Assembly: GCA_965277805.1 (NCBI GenBank)
Contig: OZ255842.1
Span: forward strand, 3,936,001-4,000,000
Source: Candidatus Lustribacter sp.
GTDB taxonomy: Bacteria; Vulcanimicrobiota; Vulcanimicrobiia; Vulcanimicrobiales; Vulcanimicrobiaceae
Direction of reading: 5' to 3'
Length of the DNA stretch: 64,000 nucleotides
In this document: one piece after another, positions 49,160-57,734 of the stretch
Numbering within the stretch: position 1 is the stretch's first letter
Layout: each line of letters opens with the position of its first letter
Position numbers and translations under genes: made by a program
Notes under the pieces: model-generated
Database searches by the model: none
What the model was told of the DNA's origin: nothing
Seen by the model: only the letters and a program-made list of their open reading frames with translations

Positions 49160-50266
49160 TTACGCGAGGTGCTCGACGAAAAAGGCGCGCGCGACGTCGA
49201 AGCAATTGGCACGATCGACGCGCGTGCGCTCGGGGCCGCCCTTGGGATGTTCGCGAACGTCCATGCGGAACGGACCGGCCAATTCATCGAGATTCGTGCG
49301 ATTGAAGAACGTGTGCGGCAGACCGTCGACGAGCCGCAGCGTCACGTCGTTGTTCGCTTTGGCCAGCGCCTCGTACATGAGCACGCTCTGCGTGTGCGGC
49401 ACGGAGTTGTCGGCGAGGCCGTGCATCAGCAGAAACGGCGGCGCATTGCCCGACACGTAGGTCAACGGACTGGCGGCGCGGGACTTCTCCGGCACGCTTT
49501 GGATCGGCGCGCCGACGAGCCTCGATTCATTGGATTGGGGATCGTCGTGCGGCGGATCCGCATCTCCGATGCCGGTGCCGCGCGGCCGGCCGGGCGGGAG
49601 TACCGTACCGGGTTCGACGACGACGCCCCCAACGAGCGGTGGCGCGTGTACTAACCCTGCCGCCAGCGGCTGCAGCGTCGCCTTCTCGGCTTCCGTCTCC
49701 GCGTCCATGACGAGTAGCGAACTCGGGCCATAGGCGTCGAGCACGCACTGCACGGTGCTCGCGTAGCTGAGATTGCCGCTGCCTTCGAACATTCCGCGCG
49801 GCGACAGCGCCGCAATGCCCGACAGCAATCCACCCGCCGAGGTGCCCCACAGGCCGATGCGATCGGGATTCAGTCCATGTTCGCTCGCATGAGCGCGTAG
49901 CCAGCGGAGCGACGTTTTCACGTCTTCCGCATTGGCGGGGAACGCGACGCCCGGCGCGGTGAGGCGATATTCGATCGACGCGATCGCAAAGCCGTCGCGC
50001 GCGAAGAAGCGCTTGAAGTCGGGACCCGTCGCACGGTTTCCGCCCGACCATCCACCGCCGTGAATGAAGACGATCACCGGCAACGGCTTCTTCGCGCCTT
50101 GCGGCAGAAAGAGATCGAGCAGCAGATCGTTCCCGCCGGGGCTTGCGTAGGCGAAGGTGTTTTTCGTCACGCCGGTCGTCTGTGCGAAAGCCGCTCCGGG
50201 CCACGTGAGCTGCGTAGCGGCGGCGGCCGCGGACGTGCCGATGATGAATGCGCGTCTCGTTATCAC
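49160..50266 (-). CDS. Tat-exported alpha/beta hydrolase (esterase)
   Basis: TRRAFI Tat motif; HGGGW, GTSAGG nucleophile elbow, HGLADNSVP, GLPH. Confidence 0.9.
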   Translation of the reverse strand: MITRRAFIIGTSAAAAATQLTWPGAAFAQTTGVTKNTFAYASPGGNDLLLDLFLPQGAKKPLPVIVFIHGGGWSGGNRATGPDFKRFFARDGFAIASIEYRLTAPGVAFPANAEDVKTSLRWLRAHASEHGLNPDRIGLWGTSAGGLLSGIAALSPRGMFEGSGNLSYASTVQCVLDAYGPSSLLVMDAETEAEKATLQPLAAGLVHAPPLVGGVVVEPGTVLPPGRPRGTGIGDADPPHDDPQSNESRLVGAPIQSVPEKSRAASPLTYVSGNAPPFLLMHGLADNSVPHTQSVLMYEALAKANNDVTLRLVDGLPHTFFNRTNLDELAGPFRMDVREHPKGGPERTRVDRANCFDVARAFFVEHLA

Positions 50267-50279
50267 GTCGTGCGTTCGT

Positions 50280-51716
50280 TCAGACGAACTTTTCGGCTTT
50301 GGGTTTCAACGCCAGCGAGCGGCGCAATTCCGGGCTCATTTCGCGGCTCAGCCCCTCGGCGCCGCAAATCGCCATGCCGTGCATGACCAACGCGGCGCGC
50401 TGAACGGCCGACGGCGTCAATCCCGATATCGGACCTTGCGTCTTGATCCAGAACGGATCCTGCGGCGGCAGCGGCTGCGTTGCACCGTGAACGTCGAGCG
50501 GATAGCCGTCGGGGCCGCGACCGCTCATCATCAAGTAGTGGAGCATCGCCGCCGAATTGTTCGACGACCCCGGTGGTGGCGCATCGGCCGGCAAGGTCAC
50601 GCCGCCGGCGTCCCAGATGCCGTTCTGCGCATCGGCACCGGGCCGGTGCGCGAGCCGGCCGAATGGATTCCCATCGAAAAACTTCTCGAAGATCCCGGGG
50701 GTGAGAAACGCCGCGAACCGGTTGTACGGTTGCGTGAGCGCGAAGCCGTGCAGATTGCGCGGCGGCGCTTGAAAATAATCACCCGTCGTGATCGGCACGG
50801 CCTTCCCGTGCGCCCAACCCATCGTCTCGCCGTCCATGCCGAGAAAATTCTCAAAGTGACGAGCGTGGAAATGCGGCCCGACGCCCGGGCTCTTCGGCCC
50901 ATCGGTAATGACGAACAAAAATTGGCCGCCGGAATTGGTATTTTTGGCCAGCAGCGTGTTCCCGCCGAAACGGTCACCGCCGCCGTCCAAGATCACGTAG
51001 GGGCCGGGCGCCGTGGGAACAGCTTTGTTCGAAACGCGCACCGGTGCCGAAGCCGGCTGACGCAGCGGGCGCAATTGAAAGTCACCAACCGTTGCGGCAT
51101 CGTCGAGTTTACCGGGCGCGATCGCGAGACCCTCGGGCATCGCCGCCTCGGCCCCGCGAACGGCACTGCCCATTGCGACGAACGCAGCGCCGACGCGATC
51201 GCCCATCGTGTATAGCGCAAATCGCGTCTTGTCCGATCGTATCGTCCACGCGTGCGGCGTACCCGGCGGAATGTTGGCGAAGTCGCCGCGCATCATGGTC
51301 CACGTATCGCCGTTCAGCTCGAGTTCGAGTTCGCCGCTCAGCACGAGCAGCGCAGCGTGCGAGCCGAGGTGCGCGTGCCGCGGCATCGATGTACCGTTCT
51401 TGCCGGCGAACGTCACGAGCTCGTGGACGTTCGTCGTCTCCTCGGGCCGCGCGAGCCGCGTCATGACGTGACCACCGATCGCGTAGCTCTCACCGTGACC
51501 GGCCGGGAGCATGTACATCCGGCGCGCGCCCGGCAGGCGGCCGAGGATCGGCACCGCCGGCGCGCCGGTCACTTCAACCGGATTGAGAATGTCGGCCGGC
51601 GGGTCGGCCGTTTGCGCATCACCCTGTAGGGCCAGCCCGGCTTGGTACGCGAGTAACCCGCACCCGCTCGTCAATCCGGCAATGCGCAAGAAATCGCGCC
51701 TGTTTCGATCGCTCAT
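50280..51716 (-). CDS. Tat-exported bicupin, quercetin 2,3-dioxygenase-like
   Basis: NRRDFL Tat motif; cupin 1 HAH...GDFANIPPGTPH; cupin 2 HFHARHFE...GDYFQAPPRNLH. Confidence 0.75.
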   Translation of the reverse strand: MSDRNRRDFLRIAGLTSGCGLLAYQAGLALQGDAQTADPPADILNPVEVTGAPAVPILGRLPGARRMYMLPAGHGESYAIGGHVMTRLARPEETTNVHELVTFAGKNGTSMPRHAHLGSHAALLVLSGELELELNGDTWTMMRGDFANIPPGTPHAWTIRSDKTRFALYTMGDRVGAAFVAMGSAVRGAEAAMPEGLAIAPGKLDDAATVGDFQLRPLRQPASAPVRVSNKAVPTAPGPYVILDGGGDRFGGNTLLAKNTNSGGQFLFVITDGPKSPGVGPHFHARHFENFLGMDGETMGWAHGKAVPITTGDYFQAPPRNLHGFALTQPYNRFAAFLTPGIFEKFFDGNPFGRLAHRPGADAQNGIWDAGGVTLPADAPPPGSSNNSAAMLHYLMMSGRGPDGYPLDVHGATQPLPPQDPFWIKTQGPISGLTPSAVQRAALVMHGMAICGAEGLSREMSPELRRSLALKPKAEKFV

Positions 51717-51762
51717 GTTTCTCCACCCGAGGAATTCCCCGGGAGCAGCCTACGCGATCAGC

Positions 51763-52809
51763 TTACACAGTGCCTGTGCGCTTCTCGAGCGACGTCAGGC
51801 GCTCGAACAGCTCCGGCAGCCGCTGGAAGTACGCCTGAACTTTCAGCGTTTGCCGGTGCGCCCGCGCCGGTGCGCCGCTGACGACGAGACCGTCGGCGAT
51901 GTTGCCCCACACTTCCGAACGCGCGGCGACGCGAACGCGCGAGCCGATCGTCAAATGGCCTTTGACGCCGACTTGGCCGCCCATTTGCACGTAGTCGCCG
52001 ACGATCGTCGAGCCGGCGAGTCCGGATTGCGCCGCGATCGCGCAGTGCTTGCCGATGCGGCAGTTGTGACCGATCTGCACGAGGTTGTCGATCTTCGTTC
52101 CTTCGCCGATGGAGGTGACGCCGGTCTGCGCGCGATCGACGCACGTGTTGGAGCCGATCTCGACGTCGTCACCGAGCTGGACGTAACCGATCTGCGGAAT
52201 TCGCCGCAGGCCGCCGTCGAGAAAGGCCCAGCCGAAGCCCTGACCGCCGATGACCGCATGCGGTTTGAGCACGACGCGGTTTCCGAGCACGGATCCCTCA
52301 CCCACGTACGCGCGCGTATCGATGAAACACTCTTCACCCAACGTTGCATGTTCGGCGATGACGCAACCCGGACCGAGGACGGTGCGCGCGCCGACGACCG
52401 CTCCCGCCCCAACGGTGACGTCCCTTCCAACGTACACGTCCGCGCCAATCGTCGCCGACGGATCGATCGCCGCGGATGGATCGGCAAAGGGGCCCCGGGG
52501 GAGCGGCGTTTCCACCATCGCGAGCAGCGACGCGAGGGCAGCGCGCGGTGACGGCACAACGACGATCGGCTTCGAATACGATATGCGCGAGTCGACGGCA
52601 GATTCAGCCGCGAGTATTGCTGCCGCGCGAGACTCAAGGGCGGCCTTCATATAACGCTCGTCGGTCGCGAAGGTCAGCGTGGCTGATTCCGCATCCTCAA
52701 CGGCTGCGATCGACGCGATGCGTACGTTCGGATCACCGATGACGACACCGTCGGTGCGCCGGGCAATGTCCGCTAACGAGCCCAGCTCAGCGGCATTCCG
52801 AGCCAACAT
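51763..52809 (-). CDS. lpxD: UDP-3-O-acyl-glucosamine N-acyltransferase
   Basis: Hexapeptide repeats, IGGQGFG, IPQIG, KIDNLVQIGHN. Confidence 0.95.
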   Translation of the reverse strand: MLARNAAELGSLADIARRTDGVVIGDPNVRIASIAAVEDAESATLTFATDERYMKAALESRAAAILAAESAVDSRISYSKPIVVVPSPRAALASLLAMVETPLPRGPFADPSAAIDPSATIGADVYVGRDVTVGAGAVVGARTVLGPGCVIAEHATLGEECFIDTRAYVGEGSVLGNRVVLKPHAVIGGQGFGWAFLDGGLRRIPQIGYVQLGDDVEIGSNTCVDRAQTGVTSIGEGTKIDNLVQIGHNCRIGKHCAIAAQSGLAGSTIVGDYVQMGGQVGVKGHLTIGSRVRVAARSEVWGNIADGLVVSGAPARAHRQTLKVQAYFQRLPELFERLTSLEKRTGTV

Positions 52810-52897
52810 AACACGTCCATCGTACTACGCCGCGGACGGGCTGGCTATAGCACTTTCTACGGTATTTTCACATCATTTTGCCAGGTTTGTAGGCGTG

Positions 52898-53653
52898 TTA
52901 TGTTGCGAGCGCGACTTCAACGGGTGCGGGATGTTCGGCCAGCAGACGGCCGAAGCCGCGGCGCGGTTCGCGCACGTGCAGGCGATTCTGAATCGCCCAC
53001 AGCCGCGCCATCTGCGCGTGCACGACGGGAACGCCGAAGTCGTCCTCCATCAGCTGCACGATGTCCGTGACTTTCCAACCCGAACCGAGCATGTAGATGC
53101 CGTCCGCACCGGGGTTCTCGATGAACGTCTTGCGCGTATGCGCGTAGACTTCGTGTGACGAGAGGTTCTGCGCGCGGTCGAAGTCGACGTCCATGCCGGC
53201 CATCGCCAGCACCTCGATGCCCGCGTCGCGGAAGTACTGCGCGAACGTTTCGTTGATATCGCCGCGGAAATACGACACGCCCACGATGCGCCGGATGCCG
53301 AGCGCGCGCATCGCCTCGACCTGCGTCTGCGGCGCCGTAACGATCGGCACGCCGTACGCGCGTTCCCAGCGTTGCACGATGTCGCGCTCGCCCGCAAGTC
53401 CGTGCACCATGAACGGCGGCGCGCCTTCGGGATGGATCAATTCGACCGGTACGCTCGCGAGCGCCTTGACGTGCTCTTCGAAGTGCTCGAGTACGCTCTT
53501 GAACTCGTCTGCCGTGCCCTTGCGAATGTTGACGAAGAGCGGCAGCACGCCGATGCCTTCCGGCAGCAGACGAATGAACTCTTCGATCCCGCCCAAACGC
53601 ATCGTGGGCTTGATGATGCCGACGCTGCCGCGCCAGCTCGATGAAATGGCCAC
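52898..53653 (-). CDS. Maleate isomerase / Asp-Glu racemase superfamily protein (cysteine-free)
   Basis: WRGSVGIIKP, GVPIVT, EAMRALGIRRI, PGADGIY, GVPVV, GFGRLL. Confidence 0.8.
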   Translation of the reverse strand: MAISSSWRGSVGIIKPTMRLGGIEEFIRLLPEGIGVLPLFVNIRKGTADEFKSVLEHFEEHVKALASVPVELIHPEGAPPFMVHGLAGERDIVQRWERAYGVPIVTAPQTQVEAMRALGIRRIVGVSYFRGDINETFAQYFRDAGIEVLAMAGMDVDFDRAQNLSSHEVYAHTRKTFIENPGADGIYMLGSGWKVTDIVQLMEDDFGVPVVHAQMARLWAIQNRLHVREPRRGFGRLLAEHPAPVEVALAT

Positions 53654-53657
53654 CCGA

Positions 53658-54731
53658 TTAGCTCCTCACCGTTTCGGCGACTTTGGGGGTCAGCAGCCGG
53701 CCGATGCCGGAGCCGACGTAATCGACGACGTGCTCGCCCTCGACGATCGTATGCTGCATCCGGCCGATGCCCTCGAACTCGATCGAGATCCTCTGGCCGA
53801 CCTTCACCCACTTGCGCAAATCCAGAGAACAGCCGGTGCCGATCGTTCCGGTGCCGAGCAACTCACCCGGCTGCAGCGTTTCGTTATCGGATGCATACGC
53901 AACGAGCTGATGCGTGAGCACCGAGCGCGGCAAGCTCGTGTTACCCTCAAACCACACCTCGCCGTCGACCACGACGCGCACGTCGAGGTTGTCGACGTCG
54001 AGTTCATCCGGCGTCACGAGACACGGCCCGACCATGGTGGCGAAGTCCTTCGATTTCGACGGCCCGAGCGTGTCGCGTTTTTGTCCGTCGCGGCTGCTGC
54101 AATCGACCACGATCGTATACCCGGCAATCGCCGCGAGCGCCTCGTCTTCGCTCATGTTGCGTCCGGTGCGGCCGACGACGATGCCGAGCTCCGGCTCGAG
54201 ATCGAGCTTTTTCGTATAGTACGGATACGGGATCGGATCTTCGGGTCCGTAGATCGATTCGGGGCTGCCCTTGTAGTACGGCGGCCACTTATACCAGTTC
54301 TCGGGCTTGTAACGGCGGACCGCAAGCTCGTCGCCGTCGCGCCGGCTGCCGTGATCTTCGTAGATCGAGAAATCGCGAAACGTCGTCGGCCGCGGTAAGG
54401 GCGAGAGAAGGCGGACGGCCGCGCGCGGATGGACGATCTGCTCGCCGTTGCGCCCGAGTACGGCATCGGCACCCTTCGCGCGCACATGCGCGAGCGCGAG
54501 TTCGCCCGCCTCTTTCGACTTGTGTCCGCCGCGCAGCCACCCGATCATGTCGGGCGGGGTGCGCAACTGCGCTAAACCTTCCGGCGTCGGCTCGTCGGTC
54601 GCGTCTTGCAGATAGAGCGTGTACGCCAGGGTGAGATCGACGATGCGCCCGTCTTGATCGTTATCGAGCAGCGCGCCGAGCCGCCGCTGCGTGCCGAGCG
54701 GGGTCGCGATCTGGAAGGTGACGAGCTTCAT
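53658..54731 (-). CDS. Fumarylacetoacetate hydrolase-family protein
   Basis: FRDFSIYEDH, LDLEPELG, SKSKDF, GPCLVT, LGTGT. Confidence 0.9.
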   Translation of the reverse strand: MKLVTFQIATPLGTQRRLGALLDNDQDGRIVDLTLAYTLYLQDATDEPTPEGLAQLRTPPDMIGWLRGGHKSKEAGELALAHVRAKGADAVLGRNGEQIVHPRAAVRLLSPLPRPTTFRDFSIYEDHGSRRDGDELAVRRYKPENWYKWPPYYKGSPESIYGPEDPIPYPYYTKKLDLEPELGIVVGRTGRNMSEDEALAAIAGYTIVVDCSSRDGQKRDTLGPSKSKDFATMVGPCLVTPDELDVDNLDVRVVVDGEVWFEGNTSLPRSVLTHQLVAYASDNETLQPGELLGTGTIGTGCSLDLRKWVKVGQRISIEFEGIGRMQHTIVEGEHVVDYVGSGIGRLLTPKVAETVRS

Positions 54732-54733
54732 CG

Positions 54734-55939
54734 CTAGTGCGCGCCGGTCGTGACTTCGAGATGGCCCGGCCAGTGCCAGCGTTTGAGCGGCTCACCGTTC
54801 GCAATCTTCGTCATCTCGCGGCTCCACAGCTTGCGCAGCAGAATCACGATCTTGTCGGATTGGCCAAGGCGCTCGTGCACGCGGTCGACGATCAGACCTT
54901 GTCCCCGCTGCGCGACGTAGTCTTGCAGGTTGACGCTCTTCGCCAGCTCACCGACATCCTCGACCGTCAAGCGCAGGCGTCCGGCGAGAATCTCGTTGCC
55001 GAGGCGCTGGATCTCCGCCCACTGCGCGCCGCGCCCGGAGTTGCGCGGGTTCTGCGGATGCGCGCGATAGCGGTCGGCCGCAGCGCCGTCGACGTGTGCG
55101 ATCGTCAGGTTGAAGTTGTGGTAGCTCTCGTCGTCGATCGGAACTTTCCAGGCCACGAAGTCGCGCCAGCCGCTCTCGGCATCGACCGGCCAGACTTTGA
55201 TGTGCAGCGTGTTGGGCATCTCGAAATGGCTCACGCGCACGTTGCCGTTATCGTAGATGTCGCGAAAGATGAAGCCGTATTCCGTTTCGTCGGCCGAGAA
55301 CTCGACGATGTTGCCCTCGAGCGATCCGACCTTTTTCTCGTCGCCGTTGAAATCGGACAGACGGCTATCGGAGTAGAAGTTCGATTTGCGGTGCACCCAG
55401 CTCACATGGAGCGTGTCGACCGAGTTCTCCATGTTCTGATAGAAGTTGTAGGGCACGTCCATCATCACCGCATCGACGACACAGCCCGTCTCGAATTCCG
55501 GGTACCGCGGCATCGGCGGCGGATCGCCCTCGCCGAGATACGCGAAGATGAGACCGAGATATTCTTGCACGGGATGACTCGGGATACTCACTTTGGAGGC
55601 GAAGCCCGGATTCTCCACGGCCTGTTCGACGCATTGCCCGTGTTCGTCGTACTTCCAGCCGTGGTAGAAGCAGCGAATGCAATCGCCCTCGATCCAGCCG
55701 ACCGAAAGCTGCGTATTCCGGTGCGCGCAGCGTCCGGCCACGAGATGCGGCGTGCCGGTCTCACCGCGATAGACCGTGAATTCCTCACCCATGACCTGGA
55801 CCGGAATCGCACGCCCCGCTTGTACCGACTCCGAGAGCGCCACCGGTTGCCACACCGAACGCATCAGCTTGCCGCCCAGCGTACCGGGCCCGGTATGCGC
55901 GTAGTCGGTGTAACGCTTAACTGCAGATAGCATCGTCAT
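54734..55939 (-). CDS. Rieske aromatic ring-hydroxylating oxygenase subunit (phthalate 4,5-dioxygenase-like)
   Basis: CAHR and CFYHGW Rieske ligands, ENSVDTLHVSWVH iron motif, QD. Confidence 0.92.
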   Translation of the reverse strand: MTMLSAVKRYTDYAHTGPGTLGGKLMRSVWQPVALSESVQAGRAIPVQVMGEEFTVYRGETGTPHLVAGRCAHRNTQLSVGWIEGDCIRCFYHGWKYDEHGQCVEQAVENPGFASKVSIPSHPVQEYLGLIFAYLGEGDPPPMPRYPEFETGCVVDAVMMDVPYNFYQNMENSVDTLHVSWVHRKSNFYSDSRLSDFNGDEKKVGSLEGNIVEFSADETEYGFIFRDIYDNGNVRVSHFEMPNTLHIKVWPVDAESGWRDFVAWKVPIDDESYHNFNLTIAHVDGAAADRYRAHPQNPRNSGRGAQWAEIQRLGNEILAGRLRLTVEDVGELAKSVNLQDYVAQRGQGLIVDRVHERLGQSDKIVILLRKLWSREMTKIANGEPLKRWHWPGHLEVTTGAH

Positions 55940-55953
55940 TCGCTCCGTGTTCT

Positions 55954-56787
55954 CTAGTCCAGTGATTTCTTGTCGACCCAGCCCTGGCGCTCGAGCTGGC
56001 TGAGGCCGATCATCTCGTAGCCTGCGCCCGCATCGAGTGTGCGGTTGAGCTGTTCGACGATGTGGCGGTTGACCGCGCGCTTGCACCAGGCCAGCGGATA
56101 GGCCGGGCGGTCGAGCAAACGCTTCACCAAATCGGCGACCTTCGCATCGATCTCGCTCGCGGGCACCGCGTAGTTGATGATGCCTTGCGCCGCGAGCTCT
56201 TTGGCAGTGAAGCTCTTGCCGAGCATCAGCATTTCTTTCGCGATCATCGGTGAGAAGAACAGCGGCGCGAGCGCGGTTCCGCCGTCGCCCGGCACGAGAC
56301 CGAACGGCGGGCCGATCGGATCGTATGCGCCCATCGCGAGATGGTGGTCGCCGAACACGGCGTCTTCGCGAGCGACGATGAAATCGCCCGAGAAAGCGAT
56401 CCAGCAGCCGCCGCCGATGATGTTTCCGTCGACTTGCATGATGATCGGTTTTTCGATCGCCGCCATGACCTCGTGCATGCGCACGATGCCCGAGAACGTC
56501 TTCCAGATGTGTTCCGGATCGTTGTGATGATCTTGCCACGCAGGGCTGTTGTAGTGCTTGGTCGAGTTCCCGCCGTGGTTGGCCCCGCCGCGGTGCAGCA
56601 CGATGACGCGCACGCCGTCGTCGGCGCGCAGCGCGTCGAGCAAGTTCGCCAGTGCGAGCGCGCTCGTGACCTTTTTCGCGGCTTCCTGTTCCTCGGGAGC
56701 GAGTTTGTCGCCGGCGCGCGCCCAGATCGTGGCCAGCTGGCCGTCACGTTCGATCCGGAAATGCGGGCTCTGCAGACGGTCGATCAT
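55954..56787 (-). CDS. Crotonase-superfamily (enoyl-CoA hydratase/isomerase-like) protein
   Basis: EKPII, GNIIGGG, GLVPGDGG, GIINYAVP. Confidence 0.88.
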   Translation of the reverse strand: MIDRLQSPHFRIERDGQLATIWARAGDKLAPEEQEAAKKVTSALALANLLDALRADDGVRVIVLHRGGANHGGNSTKHYNSPAWQDHHNDPEHIWKTFSGIVRMHEVMAAIEKPIIMQVDGNIIGGGCWIAFSGDFIVAREDAVFGDHHLAMGAYDPIGPPFGLVPGDGGTALAPLFFSPMIAKEMLMLGKSFTAKELAAQGIINYAVPASEIDAKVADLVKRLLDRPAYPLAWCKRAVNRHIVEQLNRTLDAGAGYEMIGLSQLERQGWVDKKSLD

Positions 56788-57734
56788 GCTTTCAGCACGA
56801 GCTCGGACGTGCTCATCGGGCGCGGCAAGAAACCGAACTTGGTGGCGGTGTCGAGCAGCGGCTGGATCTGGTCGACGTGGATGCCGTCGGAGAAGTCGGC
56901 GCGCATCATCGTCGTAATATCGGCCACCGGCAGCTTCGTGTATTTCGCCACGATCACCGCCGACGCCGTGTGGTTGGCGTTTCCCCAGCGGCCCGCTTGA
57001 GCGATGGCCGCCTGGAAGCGTTTGATGATGTCAGGGTTTGCCTTGGCGTAGGTGGGCGTCGAGTACCAGGCAGCGTAGAGAAAGTTCGGCGCGATCGCCG
57101 GCATCGGGTCGGCGAGCACGCGCACGTTATTGCGGCGCAGTGCATCGGAGAGCGCCGGCTCGCCTTGTGCGAACGCATCGATCGTGCCGCGGTCGATCGC
57201 GGTGCCGACTTCGGCCGCCAAGACCTCGACGAACTTCACGCTCTTCGCATCGAGGCCGTTCTTGACGAGCCAGGCTTGGATCGCGAGATCGACCGACGTG
57301 CCGAGCACGTTCACGCCGATCACCTTGCCGACCATGTCTTTGGCGGTGTGAATCGGGCCGTCTTTGCGCACGCAGAGCAATGCCTGCGGTCCCTTGGCCG
57401 TATTCACGGCGGCAGGCGCGACGATCACGAGCGGAACGTTCTTCGACACCGCGACAGCCGTGCCGAGCGTCGTACCGCAGGCGATGTCGCACGATCCGCC
57501 GAGGACGGCCGCCGTCGCGATGCTGCCGCTGTTGAACGGCTGATATTCGACGTCCAGTCCGGCATCTTTGAAGAAGCCCATGTCGACGCCATACCAGCCC
57601 TCAGCGTAAGCATCGGCCGGACCCGAGCCGATCCGCAGCTTCGGCAGCCCGGTTTGCGCGGCGGCGGGTGCCGTAGACGCGAGCGCGAGCGCCGCGGTCG
57701 CTCCGAGAAATGCTTTACGCGAATGACCGGTCAT
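56784..57734 (-). CDS. NMT1/SsuA-type ABC substrate-binding protein
   Basis: SRKAFL Tat-like signal, GFFKDAGLDV, GTIDA; paralog-like to 45690-46625. Confidence 0.85.
   Translation of the reverse strand: MTGHSRKAFLGATAALALASTAPAAAQTGLPKLRIGSGPADAYAEGWYGVDMGFFKDAGLDVEYQPFNSGSIATAAVLGGSCDIACGTTLGTAVAVSKNVPLVIVAPAAVNTAKGPQALLCVRKDGPIHTAKDMVGKVIGVNVLGTSVDLAIQAWLVKNGLDAKSVKFVEVLAAEVGTAIDRGTIDAFAQGEPALSDALRRNNVRVLADPMPAIAPNFLYAAWYSTPTYAKANPDIIKRFQAAIAQAGRWGNANHTASAVIVAKYTKLPVADITTMMRADFSDGIHVDQIQPLLDTATKFGFLPRPMSTSELVLKA

Noticed and set aside
54734-56539. Apparent long N-terminal extensions or fusions in ORF-track calls (also 1538-2860, 5193-6212, 10010-11563, 14909-16648, 18507-20084)
   Set aside because: The extensions are Arg-rich off-frame readings of neighbouring genes; family-typical starts lie downstream.
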